Source of the DNA: Nitrospirota bacterium
GTDB lineage: Bacteria > Nitrospirota > UBA9217
Direction of reading: 5' to 3'
Assembly (NCBI GenBank): GCA_963845065.1
Contig: CAWJQQ010000002.1
Location: 384,001 to 448,000, forward strand
Length of the DNA: 64,000 nucleotides
Shown here: one piece after another, positions 33,194-44,565 of the stretch
How positions within the stretch are numbered: the first letter of the stretch is position 1
Layout of the letters: every line of letters begins with the position of its first letter
The notes under the pieces: model-generated
Database searches by the model: none
Seen by the model: only the letters and a program-made list of their open reading frames with translations
Told to the model about the DNA's origin: nothing
Position numbers and translations under genes: made by a program

Positions 33194-33687
33194 ACTAAAA
33201 TAGAGCTTAAAATTAAAACCCGAATAGCACTTGACAGAACGCTATTCATAGGAAAGAAGTGAATTACGAAGCTGTTGCATTATTGATAAAAATGAAGGAT
33301 CTTGGTTAACGAAAAATAAGATAAAAATTTTTCAAATATAATTTTTGTTTCAGTTCTATGAAACATAGAATTTAAACAATAAAATACCCCCTAGGCTAAT
33401 AGACTTGCTAAATCTTTGTGATATACACGGCGAGTATTCAAGAGCTGTTATGATGAAATGCTGTTCTACGAAATTTTTAGGCAGATTATTCGTAGCTTGG
33501 TTAGTTAACGAATGGATTATCTGACACCGGTAAGAGCGGGTCCGACAGTACAATTAATAACTATAGGCAGAAGGGAATTATGAATAAGTCGAGATCAGGG
33601 TTGACAGTCATGCTGATCGGGAACTTCAGAGGAATCTAGACCAGAAAGCCACTGCTTTAACAAGACTACGTACTTGCCCCTGACATC

Positions 33688-34116
33688 CTATTTACAGGCA
33701 AAGGGAGCTTTCCGGTCCTTTGATGCGAATCGCGAATAATGCGGGGATGTGAAAATATCCATCAGCATATGCCTGCTGACCACACCCACATACTTGTTGT
33801 CCTTTACGACCGTAATCACAGAACAGCAGCTTTTCAGGAGTAAATTAATGAGCTCGTTTATAGGTGTGTCTGCATCAGCTATAATCGGAGCCGATACCAT
33901 GATCGCTGATGCATTGATCTCCTCCAGGTTTTTCTCTTCCTTAATCGCATCCAAAATTGCATTCTCCGCTACCACACCAAGGATCTCCCGGTTATCATCC
34001 ACCACCGGCATTGCAGCGAGACCGGATGAAATGATCTTCATCGCGACTTCCCGCGCTGTTGTATTGGGTGCGACGCTAATCTTCTCCCGCATGACATGCC
34101 AAGCACTGATTCCCAT
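33688..34116 (-). CDS. CBS-pair protein
   Basis: Two CBS repeats (PVVDD..ILGVV; VVKD..YVGVVSR); RBS GGAGGG. Confidence 0.88.
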   Translation of the reverse strand: MGISAWHVMREKISVAPNTTAREVAMKIISSGLAAMPVVDDNREILGVVAENAILDAIKEEKNLEEINASAIMVSAPIIADADTPINELINLLLKSCCSVITVVKDNKYVGVVSRHMLMDIFTSPHYSRFASKDRKAPFACK

Positions 34117-34624
34117 TGTTATCCCCTCCGTTTTAACTCATCGGTTTTTTTTATTATACTACAGTTACCTCTTTCTTCCAATGTATTATTAAGTACGATT
34201 TCAAACACCACTCCCTCGACTGAATAATTTAGAGCTCCAATACACATCGAAAGCACTCTACAATGCATCTGTGCTCGACTGGAAAAGTTCACGAATACTG
34301 ATCGTGATTTTACATAGGATTAGTAACATCGCGTCTAACCCTATCCGGTTATTCCTTTGTCCTTTCCGGTAACGATATGATGACAGTTGCAAGGAAATGA
34401 AATATCACTTCCCTTGTCTTATATCCATCCTCAGGAAATAGCTCAGCATCGTACGAAAGCCAACAATGGAGGCATGAATACATGCCTTATTCAAGTAAGC
34501 CGCTCCGCGGCAGAAGAGCAAAGCATCCATCCTGCGTCCATCCCACCTTGTCTGATATTTCCTGAATAATCTCCGTGTTACCATACATCTCCAATGCAGT
34601 TCAATCTTGTAGCACAAGGAGAGT

Positions 34625-35500
34625 ATGGTCATGGAAAACTGGTACGAGAAGTCCAAAGAAGCCCTGCAACTGAGCGGTAAGGGCGACACAACGCAAGAAA
34701 GTTACACACGCGCAGTCCGATTACTCATTGAGCATTTCGGCAACAAAACCCCCGATCTCATCACCGAAGAAGAGCTTCAGGAATACTTCCTCCATTGCAG
34801 GAACGTTCGCAAGTGGGCGCCCAAAACCATGGCTGTCTGCTATGCCGGCATCCGCTTTTTCTTTGAGAACGTCCTGCGCCGTGACTGGCATATCCTGAGC
34901 ATCATTCGGGCGCAAACTGAACACCGGCTTCCGACTGTGCTTAGTATCGAAGAGGTACGCGCCACCCTTTCCCGCGTCACGTCTCCTCGCAACCACGCCT
35001 TCCTCTCCACAGTCTATTCCTGCGGCCTTCGGCTCCAGGAAGCGCTACACCTCGAAGTCCCGGACATCGATAAACACCGTATGATGATCCATATCCACCG
35101 GGGGAAAGGCGCTAAAGACCGTTATGTTCCGCTTCCCCGTACGACGTATGCTCTTTTGCGGAAGCATTGGGCCACTCACAAAAACCCCCGATTGATTTTT
35201 CCCTCACGGGGCATATACAAAGATGGCTCGGACATTCGGAAACCGGTTTCATACAGTACGGTGCAGGCGGCGCTTCAGAACGCGGTACGCGCAGCGGGTA
35301 TTCAGAAACGCAACGTCTCCATCCACACGCTTCGCCACGCCTATGCTACTCACCTGCTCGAAGCCGGCGTGAATCTGAGCGTCATCCAGCAGTATATGGG
35401 CCACTCCAGCCTTGAGACCACGATGATTTACCTACATTTGACCACCAAGGGTCAGGAAGACGCTTACAAAATCATCGACCAGCTCATGACGGGGTTTTGA
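34625..35500 (+). CDS. Tyrosine recombinase/integrase associated with an IS91-like element
   Basis: CGLRLQE, GKGAKDRYVP, HTLRHAYATHLLE and GH..LETTMIY catalytic motifs. Confidence 0.93.
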   Translation: MVMENWYEKSKEALQLSGKGDTTQESYTRAVRLLIEHFGNKTPDLITEEELQEYFLHCRNVRKWAPKTMAVCYAGIRFFFENVLRRDWHILSIIRAQTEHRLPTVLSIEEVRATLSRVTSPRNHAFLSTVYSCGLRLQEALHLEVPDIDKHRMMIHIHRGKGAKDRYVPLPRTTYALLRKHWATHKNPRLIFPSRGIYKDGSDIRKPVSYSTVQAALQNAVRAAGIQKRNVSIHTLRHAYATHLLEAGVNLSVIQQYMGHSSLETTMIYLHLTTKGQEDAYKIIDQLMTGF

Positions 35501-36594
35501 CCATGGACACGATCAATGAGATTTTCCGCACCTATGCCCCGGAGTACGTGTCACGGTTTGGCGAAGCGATTCCTCTGGAACATCGCAAGGCAATAGACGC
35601 AATTATCAACTGCCGCACTCCAGCTTGTGGGACGACCTGGTTCCGTTGCGAAGACTGCGGGAAAGACCATGCCATCCATCGTTCTTGCGGCAACCGTCAC
35701 TGCCCGACCTGCCAGTATCATAAGAGCCGACAGTGGCTCGAAAAACAGATTGATCGGCGGATGCCAGGACATCACTTCATGATCACGTTCACGGTGCCCG
35801 AGCAGATTCGTCGGTTCATCAGAGGCAATCAACGAGCAGCTTATGCTGCCTTGTTTTCTGCTTCTTCAGCGGCTATGAAAAAGCTGGTTCTCGACCCCAA
35901 GTTCATGGGCGGCGATCTGCCGGGCTTCTTCGGGGTCCTGCACACATGGGGCAGAACACTGGAGTTTCACCCCCATGTCCACTATATCGTCGTAGGTGGG
36001 GCGTTTTCGTCCGAGGATAAAACATGGAAACCGTCAGGAACCGGTTTCTATGTGCCGGTCCAAGCGCTATCTCCCATTTTCCGGGCGAAGTTCAAGGATG
36101 AGATGAAAAAAGCAGGCCTTTTTGATCAAATCCCCGAAGAGGTCTGGCGCATCGACTGGAACGTGAACTCGCAAGCCGTGGGCGACAGCGAAGGGAGTCT
36201 CAAGTATCTTGCCCCCTATGTCTTTCGGGTAGCCTTGTCCAACAGCCGGATCGTGAAAGTCAAGAATCGTCAGATCTTCATTCATTACAAAAAGACCAAT
36301 AGCAATCGCTGGAGAACGCTGGAACTTGAGGTGATGGAATTTATGCGTCGCTTCCTCCAGCACGTTCTACCGACGGGGTTCATGAAGGTGCGATATTACG
36401 GCTTCTTAAGCCCGACCTGCAAAGTCCCGCTTGAGAACATCAGGACGCTGATTGAGCTGGCTTATGGATTTGAGGTGACGATGTCTGAAGTCGAACAGAC
36501 GCCCCCAATGCCTCATCCAACATGCGGGTGCTGCGGTGGCTTTCTCAAAGTGATTTCGATTTCTCCGCCGCAGCACCTGGCACGCGCCGGATAG
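35497..36594 (+). CDS. IS91-family (Y2 HUH) transposase with Zn-binding N-terminus
   Basis: SCGNRHCPTC, HTWG..L.FHPHVH, YLAPY and VRYYG motifs; overlaps the integrase stop. Confidence 0.93.
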   Translation: MTMDTINEIFRTYAPEYVSRFGEAIPLEHRKAIDAIINCRTPACGTTWFRCEDCGKDHAIHRSCGNRHCPTCQYHKSRQWLEKQIDRRMPGHHFMITFTVPEQIRRFIRGNQRAAYAALFSASSAAMKKLVLDPKFMGGDLPGFFGVLHTWGRTLEFHPHVHYIVVGGAFSSEDKTWKPSGTGFYVPVQALSPIFRAKFKDEMKKAGLFDQIPEEVWRIDWNVNSQAVGDSEGSLKYLAPYVFRVALSNSRIVKVKNRQIFIHYKKTNSNRWRTLELEVMEFMRRFLQHVLPTGFMKVRYYGFLSPTCKVPLENIRTLIELAYGFEVTMSEVEQTPPMPHPTCGCCGGFLKVISISPPQHLARAG

Positions 36595-37127
36595 CATCCG
36601 ACGATTTTGATTCACCACGTGTTTCTCGTGTAAGATCCCGCAGGCATCATCTGCGGGTCAACGCTCCCGTTCGGCCGCGCGAGCGGATCAGGCGATGATT
36701 TCTGCGTGTGAGTATAATGGGAATCACGTTTGTTTTTTTATAATCAGACCGACACGAGCTCTCACTCTCCATAAACTGCCCATTCAGGCTTTAACCAAAA
36801 ACGACCCCTCGAAGCATTACCCTATATATAGAGACTATCGGTCATCATCCTGCCGCTCCGGGCTTCTTGAATTATGGATTGAGTACGACGTGAAGATGTC
36901 GTCACAATCCTTATTGATTCTAACTCAGGTTCACTGCAGAGCTGATGATATCAGCAGCGATAAAAATTTCCAGGCCCAGAAAAAGATGAGCTCCAAGACG
37001 CTGTAGAATGGATTTGCTCACGGTAACTGTGTCTTGTCTCGCAGAGAAAATTTAATGGAACCAGACAAAATAGTGCAAATCCTTACACTCGCACGCAAAG
37101 CCGGTCTGGATCGTCTTGACAATTCTG

Positions 37128-37156
37128 TTGACAAAGCAATGGGCAATCTCTATACT
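37128..37156 (+). promoter_or_regulatory. Near-consensus sigma70 promoter
   Basis: TTGACA-N17-TATACT ~350 bp upstream of the porin gene. Confidence 0.6.
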
Positions 37157-37512
37157 TATGCCAAATTAACTAGTGAAAGATTTACTTCCCTCTCGACACG
37201 AAAGCATTCGATCTTAAGATAGATATCTTAAGCTTAACGATAAATATCAGTAATTTTATGTTAGTGAAGTGCATCGTGTTCCCTCGTCATACGTCTGAAA
37301 TTCTGAATATGATATATCGTTGCATTCATATTTTACTTGGACCTCTTGCATCCTGCGCAGTCTTACCTCGAGCATCGCATTACAATAGTGATTAAAGGCT
37401 ATGAAACTACTCCACGTACCATCGAAGTACGGTTATCGCCTCTATAGTTTAGCTGTATAGAAACAATAAAGTATTGAAACATTAATATTAAACAGGTCGA
37501 AAGGAGAACGTT

Positions 37513-38784
37513 ATGAAAAAAAGTATTGGTAATATGTTGTGTGCGTTCGTTTTTGGGATCGCGGCTGTACTGATGTCAACAGCGGCTTCGGCAACAAACG
37601 GCTACTTTTCCAACAGCTATGGTGTGATTGATCAGGCGTTAGCCGGCGCTGGCGTTGCTTTGCCGCAGGATACCCTTGACGCGGCCGTCAATCCAGCTAA
37701 TATGGCATTCATCGGTCATCGCTATGATTTTGGCTTATCCTTCTTCAATCCGAACAGGCAGTATAGCGTGACTGGTAATCCTTCCGGCTTTCCCGGTACC
37801 TTCGGTTTGGCGCCGGGAACTGTCAAAAGCAACACTAATTGGTTCATAATTCCATCATTGGGTGCAAACTGGATGTTGAATTCCTATAGTTCAGTTGGCG
37901 TGTCGATATTCGGAAACGGCGGTATGAACACAAATTACCCGACAGATACGTTCGGTGGTACTTCGCCGACAGGCGTAAATCTCCAGCAGTTATTTGTCGC
38001 CCCCACGTACGCAATAAAACTGGTTCCTCAGCAAGCGATAGGTATTACCCCGATCCTGGCGTATCAGCAATTTCAGGCAAAAGGACTTCAGGCATTCGGT
38101 GGTTTTTCCAACGATCCTAGTAGCCTCACCAATACTGGCTACGATAATTCTTACGGCTATGGTGTAAAGATCGGATACCAGGGCGAAATAGTGCCGCGCC
38201 TGAATGTGGGCGTTTCGTACCAGAGCAGGATATACATGAGTAAATTTAATAAGTACTCGGGCTTGTTTGCCGAGGGGGGTGCTTTCGATATCCCTTCGAA
38301 TTGGACCATCGGTCTGGCATATAAAGCCACTCCTGCACTAGCCATTTTATTTGATGTTCAGCGCATCAACTATAGTGAAATCAAATCCATCAATAATCCG
38401 ATGCTACCTAACCTCCAAACCAGTCAACTGGGTGATAGTAATGGGCCCGGCTTCGGCTGGCAAGATATGACGATCTACAAGTTAGGGGTACAGTGGAAGA
38501 GCAGCGACCAGTGGACCTGGCGGGCAGGTTACTCTCTAGGGACGCAGCCCATACCGGATAGTGAAGTGCTTTTTAATATATTGGCCCCCGGCGTCATAAC
38601 ACAGCAGGCCAGCGTTGGTTTCACAACAGCGGTGAACAGCAGTCAGGATCTGAATTTTGCGCTCACCCGTGCTTTCCCGACCAGCGTCAACGGCGCAAAT
38701 CCATTAGAGGCTCCTGGCCAGCAGACCATCCAGCTGAAGATGGATCAGTGGCAGATAGCGGCAAGTTACTCATGGAAGTACTGA
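37513..38784 (+). CDS. OmpP1/FadL/TodX-family outer membrane transporter
   Basis: Signal peptide, ATNGYF, AGAGVALPQD...NPA, GNGGMNT motifs, C-terminal aromatic YSWKY. Confidence 0.9.
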   Translation: MKKSIGNMLCAFVFGIAAVLMSTAASATNGYFSNSYGVIDQALAGAGVALPQDTLDAAVNPANMAFIGHRYDFGLSFFNPNRQYSVTGNPSGFPGTFGLAPGTVKSNTNWFIIPSLGANWMLNSYSSVGVSIFGNGGMNTNYPTDTFGGTSPTGVNLQQLFVAPTYAIKLVPQQAIGITPILAYQQFQAKGLQAFGGFSNDPSSLTNTGYDNSYGYGVKIGYQGEIVPRLNVGVSYQSRIYMSKFNKYSGLFAEGGAFDIPSNWTIGLAYKATPALAILFDVQRINYSEIKSINNPMLPNLQTSQLGDSNGPGFGWQDMTIYKLGVQWKSSDQWTWRAGYSLGTQPIPDSEVLFNILAPGVITQQASVGFTTAVNSSQDLNFALTRAFPTSVNGANPLEAPGQQTIQLKMDQWQIAASYSWKY

Positions 38785-39418
38785 TCGAACCATGATCGTT
38801 ACGTACGCGGGAAGCCAGGCTATAGTGACCGATTGGTAGCTGGGACAACGCTATGAGAAACTTCAGATTAATTTTAGGCTAATAGAGCGGCGGCTAATCC
38901 TTTTAGCGCAGCAGGGACTTGATGGGTCCCAGATCCACACAACAGAACATGGGAGGGCCAGAACGTGTCCATGCTCGATGCAGCTGGTCAGGTTACCAAG
39001 GAATTTATAGCTCGCATCTGGACAAACTTTGCTAAGAACCAGTTTCCCGATGCGAACATGAACAAGCGCTTCCCAACGATCATCAAGGACCACTATAAGA
39101 TCGGCGCGGGTTATATGATCACCAAGATCTCAAGCGTGGATGCATCATTTGAATACGTTTCTAAGTAGGACAGAAAACGGCCAAGGCGTGACGCACAATC
39201 AGTCCAAAGTTCAGATCATGAACAGCTATCGTTCCTAAATCCGTCAATCCAGAGCCGTTCGGAAACGGCACTCATCCCCAGGCCGAGGGCTCATCACCCC
39301 CGGCATTTTTTTTCTTACACTGTACTGCCCGCTTTTTTTGCATCGATCAAGCATTGTTATTATTTTTCTGAGTCGAGAAGCGGTCCTACAATAAACCCAT
39401 TGCGGAAAGGTAGAAAAT

Positions 39419-39763
39419 ATGATGACAGGGCTGCTGGCGTTCCTGCTCATGGGCTTCTTGCTTGGGGTGGCCGGCGCAAATGAAGCGCTTTTGAAGCCGT
39501 TTGTTCTTGGAACCCGAGGTCCCGGTTCAGTGGTGGAAAAAGTTGCTGAGGTGATGGCTGCTCTCGCATCGCAGGGATTCACCATAGTAGGAGAGTACAC
39601 TCCTTATCCTCAAGCAGCGATAATCGTTGCGACTCATGACGAACTGAAGAGCAATGCTGCCAAATCAGAACACGGCGGGTTTGGAGCATCAGTCCGCGTA
39701 TCGGTCACCCAGGTCAAAGACGAAGTCCAAGTGGCATACACCAATCCTGTTTATAAGCACTGA
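39419..39763 (+). pseudogene. Exported hypothetical protein, apparently 3'-truncated
   Basis: Signal peptide and protein-like sequence (…QVAYTNPVY) stop where the opposite-strand tnpB fragment begins. Confidence 0.55.
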
Positions 39764-39941
39764 GCAGAGATTTAATAGGCTTGATATCGTAGTTTTTATC
39801 AAAAGCTCCTTGCTTGTGAAATATTATCCATTGCTCGGACGTTATCAAAGCAGCAAGCTGACGGTATGACTTAACCGCCTTTACAACTTCTTTTACTTTA
39901 CCAGGATTGGCAAAATGCTTAAGCTCATATGCCTTAATCAT
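39745..39941 (-). pseudogene. tnpB: TnpB-like protein N-terminal fragment
   Basis: MIKAYELKHFANPGK..YR..A..I...QW..F...G.FDKN...K...S.LS resembles a TnpB subfamily N-terminus; RBS AGGAG. Confidence 0.55.
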
Positions 39942-40261
39942 TCTTATACTCCTGCAAAATTTTGGATGATTAAATTTACCGGCACGATAATAATTCCACG
40001 CAGTTTTGTATGTAACACTATTTTTTGCATAAACATATAGCTTTGTTTAGTATATATTAGCACAAAAATATACATATTTTAATATATCAACTGAAGATTA
40101 TTGATACCACATCGTCCAAACAGCCTTGAACTTAAGTTGCATTAAAACCCACGACCGTTATGGTCACTCTTTTGTAGCAAATCCTTCTCCTCCCATTTTA
40201 ATGTAGTATAATTGTAATTAGATCTTTAGATTTTCAGAAACTTCATACTGGGAGGTAACCA

Positions 40262-41728
40262 ATGAAAGTAAAGAGGAAATATATTGCTCTCCTCAGCAAG
40301 TGTCTTGCTTTATCCGTAATTGTTATACTAACAGTAAGTTTTTCTACAGCCAATATCGCTTCAGCCAGGGAAAAGGTCATATCTCAGGAATCTATAAAAA
40401 CGCTCAGCAGGCTAAGCGAAGCCCTGTCTGATGTCGCTGAGGCAGTACGCCCCGCGGTCGTGAACATATCAACGACCTCAATCGAGACAATGGAGAATCA
40501 ACCCTTAGGCGACATGTTCAACGACCCTTTTTTTAGACACTTTTTCGGCGACCAGTTTGGCGGCGGACATCCGGGGCAGAAACGAACATATAAATCATCG
40601 GCCCTCGGCTCCGGTGTAATCGTATCCGAGAATGGCTATATTTTGACGAACAATCACGTTGTTAAGGGTGCGGAAGAGATCAAGGTCATCCTTTATGATA
40701 AGCGTGAATTCAAAGGCAAGGTCGTCGGCACTGATCCACGAACGGATCTTGCCGTGATAAAGATCAACGCGAAAAACCTGCCAACTCTTTCCTTTGGTGA
40801 TTCCGGCAAATTGAAGACCGGCGATATCGTGCTGGCGGTCGGCAATCCCTTTGGCCTTAACCAGACCATCACCATGGGGATCGTGAGCGCTGTGGGCAGA
40901 TCGAATATCGGACTCGCCGATTTCGAAGATTTCATCCAGACCGATGCTGCAATCAACCCGGGCAACTCCGGCGGCGCGCTGGTGAATGGCAGCGGGGAAC
41001 TCGTGGGGATCAATACGGCGATTTTCTCGACCAGCGGAGGTTACATGGGCATTGGATTCGCCATTCCGTCGGACATGGCGAAAACGGTCATGGACAGCAT
41101 CATTAAGTACGGCAAGGTAATCCGCGGGTGGCTCGGCGTAAGCATTCAGAACCTTACACCTGAACTAGCAAAATCGTTGGGAATCAAGGAAACAGAAGGA
41201 GCATTGATATCGGGCATCGAAAGCAACAGCCCTGCCGACAAAGCAGGCTTCAAGCGGGGCGACCTTATCACTGAAATGAATGGTAAAAAGATTGCTGATG
41301 TTACAAGCCTTCGCAACATGGTCGCTGTAACAGCACCGGGCACACGAGTAGATTTTAAGATCATCAGAAACAATAAGGAAGAGTCGATTACGGCGACGCT
41401 CGGCGAATATAAAGAAAAACAGATAATAAAGAAGACGGAGTACGAAAACGCGCTTAAGGGGGTAACGGTCCAGGAGCTCACGTCGAGCCTGCGGGACAAG
41501 CTGAACCTGCCTCAGGGTATCGTCGGTGTTGTGGTCACCGATGTCAGCTCAGACAGTCCTGCCCAGGGGTTGCTGCAGGGGAATGACGTGATACAGGAGG
41601 TGGACCGCAAACCGATTCGGAGTGCGCAGGAGTACGAAGAGATCGTTTCGAAGATAGGTAATCACGACACAGTTCTCCTATTGATCTACCGGGACGGTGG
41701 GTCGATCTATCTCACGATACAGCAGTAA
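40262..41728 (+). CDS. Do/DegQ-family serine endoprotease with two PDZ domains
   Basis: LGSGVIV, TNNHVV, DLAV, QTDAAINPGNSGG and RGWLGV motifs. Confidence 0.95.
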   Translation: MKVKRKYIALLSKCLALSVIVILTVSFSTANIASAREKVISQESIKTLSRLSEALSDVAEAVRPAVVNISTTSIETMENQPLGDMFNDPFFRHFFGDQFGGGHPGQKRTYKSSALGSGVIVSENGYILTNNHVVKGAEEIKVILYDKREFKGKVVGTDPRTDLAVIKINAKNLPTLSFGDSGKLKTGDIVLAVGNPFGLNQTITMGIVSAVGRSNIGLADFEDFIQTDAAINPGNSGGALVNGSGELVGINTAIFSTSGGYMGIGFAIPSDMAKTVMDSIIKYGKVIRGWLGVSIQNLTPELAKSLGIKETEGALISGIESNSPADKAGFKRGDLITEMNGKKIADVTSLRNMVAVTAPGTRVDFKIIRNNKEESITATLGEYKEKQIIKKTEYENALKGVTVQELTSSLRDKLNLPQGIVGVVVTDVSSDSPAQGLLQGNDVIQEVDRKPIRSAQEYEEIVSKIGNHDTVLLLIYRDGGSIYLTIQQ

Positions 41729-41795
41729 GAAATGTAATTATTGTTCTTGCCACTTGAAGATTGAGGGGGCTGAAATAAGTCCGAAAGGAGCTAGG

Positions 41796-44465
41796 ATGGG
41801 CAAGGGAAAGGCGTGTTTTGTAAGTGGAGCGTTCATATGCTTTCTGCTTTTGTCGTTGTCGATGCGGGCAGTCGCAGCCTCTGACATTGTCCGTGCGACG
41901 CTTGGAAACGGTCTGCGCGTAGTGATCGTGCCGAATGATCTTGCGCCCGTAGTTACCACGGAAGTAAACTATCTTGTGGGTTCTAACGAAGCGCCCGCTG
42001 GATTTCCCGGCATGGCTCATGCCCAGGAGCATATGATGTTTCGCGGCAACCCGGGAATGTCTGCCGCTCAGCTTGCGAACATTATCGCATTAATGGGAGG
42101 CAAGTTCAACGCAGACACTCAGCAGACCGTGACCCAGTATTTCCTTACGGTGCCCAAAGATGACATAGATGTAGCGCTGAAGGTAGAATCGGTACGCATG
42201 CGTGATGTCCTAGACTCCGAAAAGCTTTGGGCACAAGAACGAGGAGCCATCGAGCAGGAGGTGGCACAGGACCTGTCGAATCCCGAGTACGTTTTTTTCA
42301 TACGGCTTCTTGAGAATATGTTCAGCAATACACCCTATGCCCACGATGCCCTGGGCACGCGGCCTTCGTTCGATAAGACGACCGGTGCAATGCTCAAGGA
42401 ATTCTACAACACGTGGTATGCACCGAACAATGCTATTCTTATTATCGCAGGTGATGTAAATCCGGCCAAGACCCTGGAAAAGGTGAAGGAACTGTTCGAA
42501 TCGATCCCTGCTAAAAGTTTACCACCACGCCCGGATATTCACCTTGAGGCACTAAGGCCGTCTTCGATCAAGCTGGATACCGACCTTCCCTATGGGCTTG
42601 CCATGGTGACATTCCGTCTGCCCGGCTACGACAGCCCTGACTATGCAGCTGGGCAAATCCTGGCTGATGTTCTGGACAGCCGCAGGGGAAGCCTCTATAC
42701 GCTAGTTACTGAAGGTAAGGCGCTCTTCACCGGATTCGACGGCGAGTCACTTCCAAAAGCATCGTTCGGGTATGCTACAGCAGCATTTCCCTCCGGTTGG
42801 GATGGTTCTGCACTTGTTGCTGCAATAAAAAATATAGTGGCCGATTACGTGAAAAACGGGGTTCCGGCCGATATCGTTGAGGCGTCAAAACACCATGAGA
42901 TTACGGACGCTGAATTTCAGTCCAATTCCATATCCGGGCTCGCTGCGGTTTGGTCCCAGGCGCTTGCCGTGGAGGGCCGCTCCTCTCCGGATGACGATAT
43001 TGTTGCAATCAAAAAAGTGACAGAAGCAGACGTGAACCGCGTTCTCAGGGAATACCTCGTAAATGATACCGCGATTACAGCCGTTCTTACACCGCGCCCC
43101 TCGGGAAAACCTGTATCAACAAAAGGGTTCGGTGGCAATGAGTCGTTTGCCCCGGCTGAGACCACTCATGCCAAACTTCCTCTTTGGGCGAAAAGAGTTG
43201 ATTTATTACCGGGCGTCCCGATTTCCCGAGTAAAACCCACGGTCTCTACATTGCCTAATGGTATTCGTTTGATCGTTCAACCGGAAAACGTCAGTCCAAC
43301 GATTACTGTTATGGGGCAAATCAAGAATAAACCGGATCTTGAAGAACCCCCAGGACAGGAAGGAGTCGCTGATATCCTGGAAAACCTGTTCTCTTACGGG
43401 ACAACGTCTCTGGATCGGTTGGCGTTTCAGAAGGCACAGGACGACATCGGAGCTACCATCTCGGCTGGTACGAGTTTTTCACTTAAGGTTCTCTCCGAAT
43501 ACTTTGACCGCGGCATGGCGCTTCTTGCTGACGATCTACTGCATCCCGCCCTACCCAATTCTGCGTTCGAAATCGTGCGGCAGCAAAAATTAAGCTCGCT
43601 GCCGGGACTGCTTAGAAGTCCTTCTTATATTTCGCGGCGAACACTGCGTGAGGATCTCTATCCCAAAAATGACCCATCGCTCCGCCAGGCTTTGCCTGAG
43701 ACAGTAAGCAAACTTACGTTAAAAGAACTCAGGTCCTATTATGATACGGCGTTTCGCCCCGACCTAACGACGATCGTTGTCATCGGTCGGACAACTCCCG
43801 AGCAAGCCAGGGGCATAGTTGAAAAGTATCTCGGATCATGGGAGTCGCATGGAAACAAGCCGGAGACAGACCTCCCTCCGGTACCGACCAACAAGCCCTC
43901 TATGTCAACGGTGCCCGATGCAAGCAGGGTCCAGGATCAGGTAACACTGGCCGAGACGATGGGCATCACGCGTTCTTCCCCCGACTATTACAAACTTGTG
44001 CTCGGTAATCATGTATTGTCAGGAGCATTCTACGCTTCCCGGCTATATCACGATCTGCGTGAGAAGGCCGGTCTGGTTTATACAGTTGATTCGTTCATAG
44101 AAGCGAAAAAGACCCGCTCTCTTTTCGGAGTCTTCTTTGCCTGTGATCCACCAAACGTTGACAAGGCGCGTACCATGGTGGAACGTGACTTGGGAACAAT
44201 GCAAACTGCCCCTGTTACCCAAACTGAATTGCGACGGGCCAAAATTCTGCTGATAAGGCAGTTGCCACTTTCAGAGGCAAGCACGGACAGCATCGCCCAG
44301 GGAATGCTTTCCCGTTCCCAGGAAGACTTGCCGCTCGACGAGCCTGTGAAGGCCGCCGAACAGTACCTGCACATCTCGTCAAAACAGGTGCAAAATGCCT
44401 TTACCCAATGGATCCGGCCAAAAGGGTTTGCTCAAGTAACGCTAGGCCCGAATCCGAGCCCCTGA
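41796..44465 (+). CDS. M16 (pitrilysin-like) zinc peptidase, fused halves, exported
   Basis: Inverted zinc motif HAQEH, FNADT, WYAPNNA and SRLY.DLREKAGLVY motifs. Confidence 0.92.
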   Translation: MGKGKACFVSGAFICFLLLSLSMRAVAASDIVRATLGNGLRVVIVPNDLAPVVTTEVNYLVGSNEAPAGFPGMAHAQEHMMFRGNPGMSAAQLANIIALMGGKFNADTQQTVTQYFLTVPKDDIDVALKVESVRMRDVLDSEKLWAQERGAIEQEVAQDLSNPEYVFFIRLLENMFSNTPYAHDALGTRPSFDKTTGAMLKEFYNTWYAPNNAILIIAGDVNPAKTLEKVKELFESIPAKSLPPRPDIHLEALRPSSIKLDTDLPYGLAMVTFRLPGYDSPDYAAGQILADVLDSRRGSLYTLVTEGKALFTGFDGESLPKASFGYATAAFPSGWDGSALVAAIKNIVADYVKNGVPADIVEASKHHEITDAEFQSNSISGLAAVWSQALAVEGRSSPDDDIVAIKKVTEADVNRVLREYLVNDTAITAVLTPRPSGKPVSTKGFGGNESFAPAETTHAKLPLWAKRVDLLPGVPISRVKPTVSTLPNGIRLIVQPENVSPTITVMGQIKNKPDLEEPPGQEGVADILENLFSYGTTSLDRLAFQKAQDDIGATISAGTSFSLKVLSEYFDRGMALLADDLLHPALPNSAFEIVRQQKLSSLPGLLRSPSYISRRTLREDLYPKNDPSLRQALPETVSKLTLKELRSYYDTAFRPDLTTIVVIGRTTPEQARGIVEKYLGSWESHGNKPETDLPPVPTNKPSMSTVPDASRVQDQVTLAETMGITRSSPDYYKLVLGNHVLSGAFYASRLYHDLREKAGLVYTVDSFIEAKKTRSLFGVFFACDPPNVDKARTMVERDLGTMQTAPVTQTELRRAKILLIRQLPLSEASTDSIAQGMLSRSQEDLPLDEPVKAAEQYLHISSKQVQNAFTQWIRPKGFAQVTLGPNPSP

Positions 44466-44565
44466 GCGGGCTTACAAAAAAAGAATGCTTCCCGCCGAGT
44501 GCGGAAATGGGTTCCGGAGCGAGTTGGCAGCAATAGTCGGGCTAGTCTCAAAGAAAATGGCTGGT

